From Azolla caroliniana (taxonomy: Eukaryota; Plantae; Polypodiophyta), in the NCBI GenBank assembly GCA_043228905.1, contig JBHGNT010000014.1:3782001-3846000 (forward strand): DNA of 64,000 nucleotides. The letters run 5' to 3'. The notes under the pieces were generated by a model that worked only from the letters and a program-made list of their open reading frames with translations, was not told the origin of the DNA and did no database searches. The stretch's first letter is position 1. Each line of letters starts with the position of its first letter. The position numbers were made by a program, and so were the translations under genes. Below, one piece after another: positions 37,388 to 49,600 of this stretch.

Positions 37388-40300
37388 TTATGACACTATC
37401 CCCCCTTTAAAACGACGAGTTTCACGAGTCGTTTTAGATTGAGGACCCGGTTTCTCGGGATATCGTCGATGGAAGTCTTCTAGAAGAGCACGAGCATTGG
37501 TCACATTCTCGATCGGTTCCCAAGTACGCTCGCTGGGACTATATCCTAGCCAATCGACTAGATAGTAGAGCTTGTTGCGAACAATCTTGGAATCGAGGAT
37601 GGCAGCGACCTCATACTCAGGTCCATCTTCGAGCTCGATAGGAGGTGGAGGTTGTATAGTACGTCCTGGGATAGTGCTCTCGTGATAGGGTTCGAGGAGA
37701 GAACTATGAAACACCGGGTGTATCCGAAGTTGCGGAGGTAGCTCGAGACGAAAAGCGACATCATTAATCTTCTCGATAATACGGAAAGGACCTAATCGCC
37801 GATAATCCAACTTCTCACATGGGCGAGTAGTCTTGATGTGTCGTCGTAGCAGCCACACCCGATCTCCAATGTTAAAACTGGATGGAAGTCGATGACGATC
37901 TGCGTAGTCCTTGTGTGATTGTTGAGCTTGCTGGAGTTGAGTAGATAAATCCGCTTGTATCTTGCGTAACCGCTCCAAACGATCCTCCGCGCAAGGATTT
38001 GTGGACACTTCTGGGGTTTCAAGGACACACCACCGGGGATGATATCCCGTATAAGCGTAGAATGGCGTGACTTTAGTCGATGCGTGGATAGCGTTATTAT
38101 AGGCAAATTCGGCGAACTGAAGAATATCTGCCCAGTCATTCTGATGATAGTTGAGAAAGCACCGCAGATACTGCTCCAGTGTTTGATTTGTTCGTTCGGC
38201 TTGACCGTCGGTTTGTGGGTGGTAGCCGGAGGAGAGGTTACAAGTGACCTTCAGCATTTTAAAAAGGTGCTTCCAGAATTTTGACACAAACTGGGGTCCA
38301 CGATCGCTGATGATATTATCAGGGAGTCCATGATGCCGACATACTTCCCGCATGACAATTTCGGCGGTGTCTTCACTAGATATTTCTTTAGTACATGGTA
38401 AGAAATGAGCCATCTTCGTATATCGATCCACCACTGTGAGAATCGCACTAAATCCCTTAGAGACTGGAAGATCTGTAATGAAGTCAAGAGCAATGGATTG
38501 CCATGGCTTGCTTGGAATTGGTAATGGTTCTAATAAACCATATGGATGATGTCTTGGCATTTTCGCTCTGCAGCATGTATCGCAAGTCCGAACAAAATCT
38601 TCGACAAATTGTCGCATACGGGGCCACCAGAATGATCGTTGTACTAAATCTAATGTTTTAGTACTACCAAAATGTCCTGCTGTATATGTGTCATGGCAGT
38701 TTTGTACTACTCGAAGGCGGCAAGAACCATTAGGAACATACAAAAGTTCTTTAAAGAAGAGTAATCCATCACAGTATTTGAATTGCCGATAATCCGTACC
38801 TGGTGATTGTGATTGTGAACATGACGCTCGAGAGGGGTCAATTTGTGCTAGTATAGCTTGGGCGAAAGCGTCAGTCTTCAAGTCCTCACGTATAGTATTG
38901 GTAATGTCGGAATCCACGGGCATGTCAAAGACCTGTGCTGCTTGCAGTCGTGCTGGACCCAAGATTACTTGCTTCTGGTTATCGAAAGCTGGCTCACCGG
39001 GACGTGGTGTTAGATACGAACGCCGTGATAATGCATCTGCCTTCCCTTGGTGCTTCCCCGGACGATATGTAATTTTGAAGTCGAAGCGTGTGAGGAAGTG
39101 GGCCCACCGAGCTTGACGTCGATTCAGTACACGAGCATCTTGAAAGTAGGCAAGGTTTTTGTGGTCACTGAATACAGTGACCTGATGAGGAGATCCCTCC
39201 AGGAAATGCCTCCATTGCATAAAAGAATCAACTATTGCTAATAGCTCTTTATCATGAATTTCGTAGTTGATTTCGGCGGCGTCAAACTTACGGGAGTGGA
39301 AGGCCACAGGATGTAGCTTCTCGTCGTTACCCTGTTGTGACAGAATGCTCCCCAATGCGAAATCCGATGCATCAGCTTCGATAATGAATGGTTTTTCCGG
39401 ATCCACATGACCTAAAATTGGAGCTGATGTAAACGCCTTCTTAAGACTCTCGAAAGCCATGTCCGTCTCTTTAGACCAAATGAATGATTGTCCCTTCCTA
39501 GTGAGCTGTGTGAGAGGCAGCACAATTTTTGAGTAATTTTGTATGAACTTCCGGTAGAAATTTGCAAAGCCTAGGAAGCATTGCACATCCCGCACCGAAC
39601 GCGGAGTGTGCCATTCTATCACCGTTTTGACCTTGGCTGGGTCCATAGATATGCCTTCTGAGGAGATGACATAGCCGAGAAACTCCACTTGGTTGCACCC
39701 GAAACTACATTTCTCTAACTTTGCATACAGACCATGTTCTCGAAGTCGTTTTAGTACTAATAGTACATGAGAATCATGTTCTTCTTGGGTCTTTGAATAA
39801 ACCAGTAGATCATCCAAATAGATGATCAAAAAATCATCCAAGAGATCTTGAAATATATCCTTCGCCATGTGCTGGAAGACTGCCGGCGCATTAGTGAGTC
39901 CGAACGGCATGACCGTATACTCGAAGTGCCCATATCTGGTGCGAAACGCGGTCTTCCATTCATCTCCTGGTCGGATCCGTACGAGGTTATAGGCTCCTCG
40001 TAAGTCGATCTTCGTGAAGAACCTGGCACCGTTGATCCGTTCTAAAAGACTTGAGATAAGGGGAAGAGCATACCTATTTCTTACTGTGACCTTATTCAAG
40101 CCACGGTAATCTACAACGAGTCGAAGCGAGCCATCTTTTTTCTTGACGAAGAAAATGGGTGCGCCGGCTGGAGATTTCGAATGCCGAATGAAACCGTTCT
40201 CCAAATTCTCCTCTATATAGGCTCGAAGGACTTCTAGCTCGGTTGGTGACAAATTGTAGATCGGCCCCCATGGCGGCTCTTTTCCCGGTTGTAAGTCGAT

Positions 40301-40978
40301 GGCGCAGTCGTACGGCCGATGATGAGGAAGTGTGTTGGCTTGTACTTTATCGAACACATCAGCATACTGACGATACTTCTCGGGAAGTTGAACGGTGGAC
40401 TCCTCTTTGGTGGTGCTGGAGGGTTGTACTGATATTGCAAAGAGAAACATTTCCTCCTTGCGCCCTTCCTCACGCAACTGACGTAGCGAAATGGTTGCAA
40501 CCTTCTGGGTAGATCCTTGGGTTTGTCGCAACCGGATTTCCCTTGTCCTCCAATCTATGTCTGGGTCATGTAACTCGAACCATGGTAATCCTAAAACTAT
40601 GGGATGTTCTGGAATACTAATAATATTAAATGATACTACACATGTTAAGTTATCTAGGACAATATTAACGGGTTCCGACTCTTCTATGATATTACCAGAA
40701 GCAATGGGACGACCATCAATGACTACTACTGAGGCTGGACATGGGAGCTTTCTGAGAGATATCTGATGAGCTCGGGCAAAATTCCTATCCATGAAGCAAG
40801 AATTAGCTCCGGAATCTAGAAGGGCTAAGGTATGTACTGGAGGGGTACTTTTAGTACTAACTGCTACTTGGGCTACGAACACATCACTAACTTGCTTAGA
40901 GGGAATGGAACCACTAATGGGCTGCACAGATCTAGGGCTGTCCAACCAAACGGCTCCTATTTTGGCTGGACTTAGTCG
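37388..40978 (-). CDS. Pol of chromovirus F (PR-RT-RH-IN-chromodomain), in the -1 frame relative to gag
   Basis: LLDSGA, YLDD, DASD, HHCC, GPF motif and chromodomain YEVAAILD..YLVDWLGY..TWEP. The frame is open up to the slippery site. Confidence 0.95.
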   Translation of the reverse strand, partial: RLSPAKIGAVWLDSPRSVQPISGSIPSKQVSDVFVAQVAVSTKSTPPVHTLALLDSGANSCFMDRNFARAHQISLRKLPCPASVVVIDGRPIASGNIIEESEPVNIVLDNLTCVVSFNIISIPEHPIVLGLPWFELHDPDIDWRTREIRLRQTQGSTQKVATISLRQLREEGRKEEMFLFAISVQPSSTTKEESTVQLPEKYRQYADVFDKVQANTLPHHRPYDCAIDLQPGKEPPWGPIYNLSPTELEVLRAYIEENLENGFIRHSKSPAGAPIFFVKKKDGSLRLVVDYRGLNKVTVRNRYALPLISSLLERINGARFFTKIDLRGAYNLVRIRPGDEWKTAFRTRYGHFEYTVMPFGLTNAPAVFQHMAKDIFQDLLDDFLIIYLDDLLVYSKTQEEHDSHVLLVLKRLREHGLYAKLEKCSFGCNQVEFLGYVISSEGISMDPAKVKTVIEWHTPRSVRDVQCFLGFANFYRKFIQNYSKIVLPLTQLTRKGQSFIWSKETDMAFESLKKAFTSAPILGHVDPEKPFIIEADASDFALGSILSQQGNDEKLHPVAFHSRKFDAAEINYEIHDKELLAIVDSFMQWRHFLEGSPHQVTVFSDHKNLAYFQDARVLNRRQARWAHFLTRFDFKITYRPGKHQGKADALSRRSYLTPRPGEPAFDNQKQVILGPARLQAAQVFDMPVDSDITNTIREDLKTDAFAQAILAQIDPSRASCSQSQSPGTDYRQFKYCDGLLFFKELLYVPNGSCRLRVVQNCHDTYTAGHFGSTKTLDLVQRSFWWPRMRQFVEDFVRTCDTCCRAKMPRHHPYGLLEPLPIPSKPWQSIALDFITDLPVSKGFSAILTVVDRYTKMAHFLPCTKEISSEDTAEIVMREVCRHHGLPDNIISDRGPQFVSKFWKHLFKMLKVTCNLSSGYHPQTDGQAERTNQTLEQYLRCFLNYHQNDWADILQFAEFAYNNAIHASTKVTPFYAYTGYHPRWCVLETPEVSTNPCAEDRLERLRKIQADLSTQLQQAQQSHKDYADRHRLPSSFNIGDRVWLLRRHIKTTRPCEKLDYRRLGPFRIIEKINDVAFRLELPPQLRIHPVFHSSLLEPYHESTIPGRTIQPPPPIELEDGPEYEVAAILDSKIVRNKLYYLVDWLGYSPSERTWEPIENVTNARALLEDFHRRYPEKPGPQSKTTRETRRFKGGIVS

Positions 40979-40984
40979 TTTAAC
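40933..40984 (-). promoter_or_regulatory. Putative -1 ribosomal frameshift signal (G UUA AAC plus H-type pseudoknot)
   Basis: Heptamer at 40978-40984, 6-nt spacer, 11-bp stem GUCCAGCCAAA/UUUGGUUGGAC. Loop UAGGAGC can pair with downstream GCCCUA. Confidence 0.75.
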
Positions 40985-42141
40985 TCTTCTTCTAATTGGC
41001 TAAGGACATCAAATTTGTTTGCGAGATTCGGACTATTAGTACTATTAGGACTATTATGACTATGAGGATTATCAGAGATTCCTACTGAAATAGACTCGGG
41101 TTTAGTATAGTCAGAACTAACAATGACTTGGTTTACCTGCCTTCTTGGTCTATGGGGACAGTTTATCGCGATATGCCCTGGTCCACCGCAATAAAGGCAT
41201 AATCGGTTTGTTCGGCGTCGTTGCTTTTCCTCCTCCGATAGCGGCCCACGACGACGTGTAGTGTCAATTTCCATTGGAGTTGGAGTACTTACTGGAGGCG
41301 CATTATGTGACTCCCTTTGAAAAGGTTTCGCTACCACTGAGGCATAGGTAGGCTCGGATCTTGCCCTCGGCATCTGAAATTGTCGTTCCGAACGTCGCTC
41401 GAAGAGGCGGTTGTCACATCTGACCGCCCGACTGATTGCTTCTGTTAATGATTTTGGCTCTTCAGGGAAAGTCAAGAGTAAATCCTTGACATCGTTGCGT
41501 AGACCATAGCGGAACTGCTCCATCAATGCTTGATCATCCCAGGGGATATCGGCGGCGAGTAGGCGGAAATCTGCAGCATATGCGGAGGCTGGACGGTCAC
41601 CTTGGCGTAATCGCCGGATTTTGTTGATTGCAGTCCTTATGCTGTTAGTATCTCCAAAACATGCTTTAAACTCACTTATGAATTCTTCAAAATTATTTAG
41701 TACTGGAGATTCCTTTTCTAGTAGCGGAGCGAACCATGCTAATGCTGAGCCATTTAACAACGTGCCTACTAAACCCACTCGTGATGCATCGGTGGGATAT
41801 CGGGACGGATGCATTTGAATAACTAACCGTACCTGGTTAAGAAACCCTCTAAACTGCGATCGCGTTCCATCGAACTTCGTGGGAAGGCCAATCTTGGGTT
41901 CTTTATGAATCCCTTGTGCTCCGTGCCCTTGTTGTTGCATTGCTACGATGGTTGCTTCGAGTTGTTGCACGCGTAACGCAAGTTCCCCATGCTGTTGTTG
42001 CGTTTGCTGCTTTTCTAAGGAAATTTGCTGAAGATCCCCCAACAAGCGTTGATTTTCTTGTTCCAAAGCATGAAACTTCTCTTTCAAGCATTGAAATTCC
42101 GAGAAAACGGATTGATACTCTTCAGCGCTAACGGTGGCCAT
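40972..42141 (-). CDS. Gag of chromovirus F (PEG10/RTL-like capsid, CCHC knuckle)
   Basis: PTKFDGTRSQFRGFLNQ, LRQG, PTPMEID, CLYCGGPGHIAINC. Confidence 0.95.
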   Translation of the reverse strand: MATVSAEEYQSVFSEFQCLKEKFHALEQENQRLLGDLQQISLEKQQTQQQHGELALRVQQLEATIVAMQQQGHGAQGIHKEPKIGLPTKFDGTRSQFRGFLNQVRLVIQMHPSRYPTDASRVGLVGTLLNGSALAWFAPLLEKESPVLNNFEEFISEFKACFGDTNSIRTAINKIRRLRQGDRPASAYAADFRLLAADIPWDDQALMEQFRYGLRNDVKDLLLTFPEEPKSLTEAISRAVRCDNRLFERRSERQFQMPRARSEPTYASVVAKPFQRESHNAPPVSTPTPMEIDTTRRRGPLSEEEKQRRRTNRLCLYCGGPGHIAINCPHRPRRQVNQVIVSSDYTKPESISVGISDNPHSHNSPNSTNSPNLANKFDVLSQLEEELND

Positions 42142-42368
42142 GGGATGAAGGAAAAGGGAAATAAGAGACTAGTAGGAAAGGAGGGAGACAGAAGGAAGAG
42201 GGAGACTAGTAGTACCAAAATCGGTTCAAACTGTCAGGAACTCTATTAAGGCAGAGAAGGAATTAGTACTAAAAGAAGGATTAGTACTATTGTTGGGAAA
42301 TAGTACTAAGACAGAGAAGGATTAGTACTATGAGAGGTGTCGAACTTTGAGAGAAGGAATGAGTGAGT

Positions 42369-42416
<48 letters not shown>

Positions 42417-43629
42417 TGATGCGAAAGATATATGTATTATATGACGGAAGATATACAACAGTAGTTAGAAGGCTTAAGACTGGCGTTGAACCGATTTGGT
42501 TCGAACTAATGCCTTGCGCCTCCTTTTATAGTGTCTTCAGGAATACTCCTGAAGTTTCTAGAATGTTCCAGAGAAATCTGGAATATACATCAATTTCCCA
42601 ATTAAACCTAAATGAAAATAATATCCTTCAAATTACAATTCATAACCTAATGGTAAAGTCTCGACCCGTGTAACAAAAGGTTATGGGTTCGAGTCTAGTT
42701 ATGACATCGGTGAAGATAGAGGAAATAAATGACGCATGTGATGATGACGTTGACATCTTGGTCATGGATGAAAATGCTACCTATTCTGAGGCTAATATTG
42801 CTCATGCGCTTGCTCATACATGGTTGTTGGACTCTGGTGCTTCATTTCATGTGACTCCACATAGAGAGTGGTTCACACGATATGAAGCTAAACCACTTGG
42901 TACAGTACGACTTGGAGATTCACATCAGTGTGATATGATTGGCATTGGAGATGTCATGGTACAATTTTCTGATGGCTCTCAGTTTACTATACAAAATGTG
43001 CGCCATGTGCTTGAGCTAACTCGTAGCTTAATGTCTATTGGACAACTCGATAACATTGGTTTTAAAGTGATCTTCGCGTCCCAGTCCTTTCGTATTATGA
43101 AAGGAAATATGGTCATTTCCAAAGGGAAAAAAGTTGGTTCACTTTATCCTTTAGTTGTCCATCGGAAAGAGGATCGTTTGACAGTCGCAAAACAACCTAT
43201 GACTTGGGAAACATGTCCCTCCGGATGGGAAGAGAAGGATCGTGTTGGTGAGGCCAAGGCTGAAACCGAAACCGAAACCGAAAATCGAAAACCCAAATCG
43301 TTTTGGAAGAATATAATTGTAAATAGTCTAAAATGCCCCTTGTTGACCACACTTGTAAATAGCTAGAAAGTTGCTTTTGTTTATAAGAAACTAGGGCAAA
43401 CTATTAGTAAGATTTAGTTGATCGTTATTGAAAAGTGAGAACGAGGTAGTTGCCTCTGTAACCGTAAGTGAGAGAGTGAGAGTCTAACTCTGTAGCCGTC
43501 TATCAGACGAAGGAGAGCTTGAGGTTGTTGCCTTCGAGTTCCGTATTTGTGCTTCCTCTCTACTATAGTGATCTGTTTTCTTGGGGTTTGTGGACCCCCG
43601 TGATTTTTACCATTTCGGATTTTCCACGT

Positions 43630-46600
43630 TGTCGTAGTGTAATTCTCACACTACGTGAAAATTGCATTTTTGTCCCTCCGGATGGAATCGGAAAGGAGGA
43701 ACCAGTAAGGAGACCCGGTAAGAACCGGATCAAGCAGAACCGGCAAGAGCCCAATAAAGAAGTTCGGTGAGAGTCTCTCACCGGATGAAGAGACAAATTT
43801 GTAAATAGAAGAAAATATTGTTGCACGCATAGACAGGATTCGAACCCTGTACCTCCATGTTAACGATTTTTAAGCCTTACCACTATACTAACATATTCTG
43901 AATTTTAAAGTTATACTAAACTTTATCCCATGTAAATGTTCTAGATATGCATGGTACAAAAAGTTATTCATGCATACACACTTGAGTTAAAAGAAAAGAT
44001 GGGATAGAAAGCTAATCATGCACATGCAGTGTGCATGAAAACTAAAGTTAGGAAAAGCATGATGCTTGCATGTGATAAACTTAGACTCTTCCAACACTAT
44101 ATAAGGAAGAGAGAAAGATGTATAGGTTGTTGAATTTTTATAAGGTTTGAATGATATAAAATAATCGTGGGATTCACGGTTTTGCCATCTATTTCTCTCT
44201 TACAATCTAAGTATCAATTAATACACTATACTCGTGGGATTCACGAGTTTCATATCTTCTTCTTGCAAGCTCTTCCTAACTAACATTATCTCATATTCTT
44301 CTTTCTCCTAGTAAAAAACCCCCAGTGGTTCCCATCCGATTCACGCAAACGATCCGGCGCCGAAAGGCATGACACAAGTGGTGAACCCGACGTGAACATG
44401 GGTGGCAAGGAGATGGAGACTAACAATATGATGGTGATGTTTGAGCGGATGCTACAAGAACAACAGTCGATGTCAGAGATTGCAGCGGCAATTGAGTGGC
44501 TGGTGCAATGGAATGGGCAATTCAATGGGAAAGATGTGTCGCGATATTTGCGGGATTACAAGGCGGAAATGCTACGGTGGTGTGGAATATCGGAAGGATT
44601 GCAGGTGGCATCCTTAAATCGGGTGGCTACAAACGGGCTTCAAGGGAGTATCCACAGGATACGACAACAGAATCCGACATGGGATGCATTTGAAGAGGCC
44701 CTAAAGACCACGTTCACCATCGGGGGGACTCTTCCAAGGCAACGAGGAGAGGATTCGAAGATTGGGTGGAAACGTCAGATAAGGGGATGAAGGTCCTCGA
44801 TGTGTTTTCGGCATTCGAAAGTCGGTTCGGGAGGCTGTCCGCGAGAGATCAAGCTATCCTTGCATCGGACAAAGTGATCATGTTCCTACGAGTGGTGGAC
44901 ATACGGGACCAGAAATATCTTGGAGTTCTTCTGGAGGACACGACCATCGAGAGTGGCCTCACCGATACATGGGATAACGTGCGAGATATCGTTGTACGAT
45001 ATACAAAGAGGCGGCAATGGCTTGCTAACGAAGAAAAGAGGGTATCGGAACCGATTCCAAAACCGAGATCTAGATTGGAAGACCATCAACCGCGGGCTCG
45101 GGAGACTATGACCGAGAAGGGAATCGATGCAACCACGGTGGAGCAATTGCTGAAGGAGATGGAGAATCTGAAAATCGCGATGGTGAAGAAGACGGAAGAC
45201 CGTCCCACAAGTTCCAAGTACATGGACCGTTGATGCATATGGTGCGATAGCACCGAACATGATCGGAGAGATTGTGATGAGGACAAGGAGGCATTACGAC
45301 GGGATCTTATCTACTACGAGGGAAATCAGATTCATTCGATGGATTCTCGGAAGCCACTCCTACCGAACTTCCGAAAAGGCGGCATGAAGAAGGTCCTAGA
45401 GGAGGAGATCGCAGTGAAAAACAATTATGCGACAACCGCGGGAATACATGTGGGGGAGTCATCTGCAGCAAAGGCGTCTTTTTGGCCAGAAGTGTTAGAA
45501 ATTTCAAAGAAAACCAACCATGATGAAATCCGAAGTGCCGCGGAATGTATCTGGGAAGCTACAGGATGGGAGTGCCCCGTAGATAAGAATAGCGTACATG
45601 CGCTATGCCAATTGCATGAAGTGTATGTGGATGAAAAACGATGGCGCACGGATGATGCAGCTGGACCATCAAAGACACTGGAAAGCTGGAACTCCGGAGG
45701 GAAGGGAAAAGAAAAGACGATTTTGACATTCAAGCTCGCCTCGAACATCGAACAACAAACGGACTTGAAAAAGGTGTTCGAAGAGAGAATCCTTGATAGC
45801 TGGGTAGAAATTTCGCTTTGGGAATTACTCGGAATAGCGAAAAAGGAGTTCCACGATCTTCTTGTGGATCTCGTGAAGAGAAAAAGACAAAGTGCGGAGG
45901 AAAATGCTCCAAGGGTGAATGCAAACACTGTTTTAATGAATGACACCGAAGTGGAGGACAAAATACCGAACTCCCACTACACAAGGCCGCATTGGGCACG
46001 TGCAACTACGGAGACTCCGGTCCGAATTGGCAACATCAAAGAGCCCGTTCTAGCATTGATTGATCACGGATTGGAGATCAATTTGATGTCCAAGGAGTTT
46101 TACCGGAAGGGGAAGTGTCCTATAAACACTAACCATTGATGGAAGATCCGGGCAGCCACTAAAGCAACGGAATATCTATTTGCGGCTTGTCCGAATGTGA
46201 CGGTGAAGATCGGGGATGTCGAGATTGACCAAAATTTCTTCGTACAAGATGAGGTCTCACATTCCGTGATCCTTGGGCAACCCTTTATCACGGCTTCACG
46301 GATGGAGACAAAGGTGCTCGATAGCGGTGCGGCTTTCGCACGAATTCGAAGCCAAAGCGGAGGATAATCCGTCCAATTCCTAACTGTGCCGGCAAATCAT
46401 GAAATGAACAAGAGAGAGCTCGTGTGCCAAACAAGGATGAATTTTTAGAGCGGACTATTGCGGAGTGGGGAAGTGATAGTCTGAGAAGCCCTGATACCCC
46501 ACATAGGAAGAAAACTCTCGGATCAAAACAAGTACGAATCGGTCCGGATTGGGCATCTACGTACACGGCCATATCTAGAGGAAAGAAGAAAGAATACCGA

Positions 46601-49600
46601 AAAGTAGAGGATAAGTTGCAGTCGGCATCAATAATAAAAGAAGACGAACAAATCGTGGGGGTAGTCGAAGAAGTGTACTATGGGAGCACGCTACAACGGC
46701 TTGAAGAGCTTGTGGAGGATACAAACCCAGGAGACCGGGTAGTCTCGGTGGAATCGGTCGAGATGTACGAGATCATTGCGAAAATGGGGCCAGATGCGCT
46801 CCGCAAAGAAGAAGCAATGGTAAGTACGAAATACAAGACCGTGGAGAAGAAAGTGAAACCGGCTACGGGACCATTACCCGCCGATAGCGAGCAAAAGAGG
46901 AAAGAAGTCTCAGGAGATCCAACACTTCGGAAGTTTGTGGATATCGGACATGCCTTCATGGATGAGACCTGGAAGAATCTTCAGATCGGTGGAGGTGGTT
47001 TCCTTTTACAAAATGAAGAAGAACGATTTCGTGGGATGTTGGAACAACATGGGAAAGCATTTGCATTCACATCGAAGGAGATAGGGTGTGTTTATCCGAA
47101 GATAATGGAGCCAATGGTGATCTTCACGATTGACCAGGTGTCGTGGAACCTGAAGCCGATTCCGGTGCCATGGGCGCATATTCCCAAAATCATCGACTTG
47201 CTCAAGGAGAAGGTGGCGATGGGGATTCTAGAGCCATCAAACGCTCCGTACTCAAATCGATGGTTTACGGTTCCAAAGAAGAATGGGTCACTCCGATTTA
47301 TCCAAGACTTGTAACCGGTGAACAAGGTCATGATTCGGAACTCCGAAGTCGGTCAGATAGTAGACGAATTTGTGAAAGCATTTGCCGGTCGTGCGATATA
47401 CTCCATCGGAGACCTATACTCGGGGTATGACAAATTCCAACTAGTCGTGGAGAGCTGAGACATCACTACCATGCAGACACCGATAGGATTAGTCCGAATG
47501 TGCACGCTACCACAAGGAGTGACAAACTCGGTTGCACATATGATGAACGTGATGAACAAGGTGCTTCGAGATTGCATTCCGGAGATAACAATGCCGTTCC
47601 TATATGACATTCTGATGAAAGGATGCGTGGTAGAAGAATAAGATGAAACTATGGATGATCGGGGATGCCAAAAGTTCGTAGTCGACCATATTCGTGATTG
47701 CGAGAAAGTGCTTTGAAAGTTAGAAGATGTGCACCTAACACTTTCCGGGGAGAAATTGGCATTCGGGCAAGAAGAGATATTGGTAGTCGGACATCTATGT
47801 GGGCCCTACGGCCGAAGACCGTCACCAACCAAGATCGATGCGATTCAAGCTATGAAAGAAGTATGCGAGTCACAATCCGAAGTCCGAAGGTTTCTTGGAG
47901 CTTGTGCATTTTATCACATATGGATTCCGCACTATGCACATATTGCGGACCCACTCTATCACTTATTGCGGAAGGGGAAGAAGTTCGAATGGAAACCGGA
48001 ACACACCAAAGCCATGAAAAGCTCAAGAAAACACTATGGAGGGCTGAAGCACTTAAGAAGTCAAGCTATGAGTGACCAATCATAGTAATGGTTGATACAG
48101 GTCCAACCGGGATCGGATGGGTCATCAATCAAGCCGACTCGGATGGTTTGCGATATCCGATCCGATTTGGAGCAAAGGTTCTCAACGAAAGGCAACACAG
48201 ACATGCACAAGTCAAAAGAGAATTATGGGGAGTCGTGTTGGCAATCAAATCGGATCGAGATTATTTGATCGCAGCCGAAGTAGTGATCGAAACGGATTGT
48301 CTTTCGATACTCGGGATGATGCGGTGTTGCACGATACTGGATGTGGCTATGCTAAGATGGATTGCATATGTTAAGTCATTTAACCCAGACGTATGACACA
48401 TCTCCGGAAAAGACAACGCGGTAGCTGATATGCTATCAAGGGCTCAATTCGGAGACGACATAGCCGAATCCGATAATGAAGAAGTTTCTGAAGACTACTT
48501 TGCTTCAGAGCACATACGCCGAGTAAACGTAATCCGAGAATTCCGAGAAGAAGAATACAAGGGAGAAAGCTTGATGATTGGGAAGGTGCTACAAGAGATT
48601 GAGGAATCATCGGACGATAAAGAGAAGAGAGCCGAGATCCAAAGGAAGAAAAGGAAAGTCCAAAAGTTCTTCTTCAAAAATGGATTAATATGGAGGGAGC
48701 CGAAAAGACCGGATGGCATACCACTTTGGGTAGTCAGGACGAAAGAGCAATGAAACCGGATAATGTTAGACTTTCACGAATCTGATTGGGCTGGACATCG
48801 AGGGACATGGGCAACTTTTGTGAAAATCAAACAAAAATATTGGTGGAAGAATATGTACAAAGATATAGCGGAGTTCACGGAAAGCTGCGAGAAGTGTCAA
48901 ATCTAGTCCGGAGTTCGACACCGAGATGAGTTACATACGACATTCTCACCGACAATCAACTTCAAATGGATGGTCAATATTGTAGCCATGCCAACCGGGA
49001 TCGGACAAAAGAAGTACTTGGTGTTAGCTCGGGAAGATCTCACAAACCAAGTAGAAGGTCGGGCGCTACAAAGGAAAACGTGTTCTGCGGTATGCCAATT
49101 TCTTTTGGAGGAGGTGTTTTGCAGGTACGGGTGCGTAGGACAAGTGATTGCAGATTGGGAAGAACTCAACTCTGATAAAGCTAGGGAATTCTTCACCAAA
49201 CATGGAGTTTGGTTAACACTAACAACGGCATACAATCTGGAGGTCAACGGGAAAATTGAACGAGGACATAGTCTGATTGTCAAAGCACTTGCCAAAGCAT
49301 GCGATGGAAGGGTGAAGGATTGGCCACAGATGCTCCCATATGCACTATGGGTGGATCGAACGACGCATAGCTCTGTAACCGGTTATAAGCCGACAGAACT
49401 TATGATCGGACAAGCACTGGTAATGCCGACGGAAACCGCGATTGTGACATGGACAATGCTACCGTGGAAGGAAGAGATGAGCCGGGAAGAACTACTAGCA
49501 GTCTGGATACAACAACTACAGGGAAGACCGGAAGACATAGCAGAAGCAACACGCCGACAACAAGAAGCGCGATTCAGGAACAAAAGCCGATTCGACACAA

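Larger units (their letters stand above)
36937..42706 (-). mobile_element. Intact young Ty3/gypsy chromovirus F (Tf1/sushi/Tcn1-like; LTRs 42232-42706 and 36937-37395)
   Basis: TSD tcggt/tcggt. The LTRs differ mainly in (GA)n length. PPT aaaggggggatag at 37396-37408. Confidence 0.96.

Noticed and set aside
43826-43890. Functional tRNA gene
   Set aside because: A and B boxes and the T-arm are present, but there is no convincing acceptor or anticodon stem; reported only as tRNA-like.
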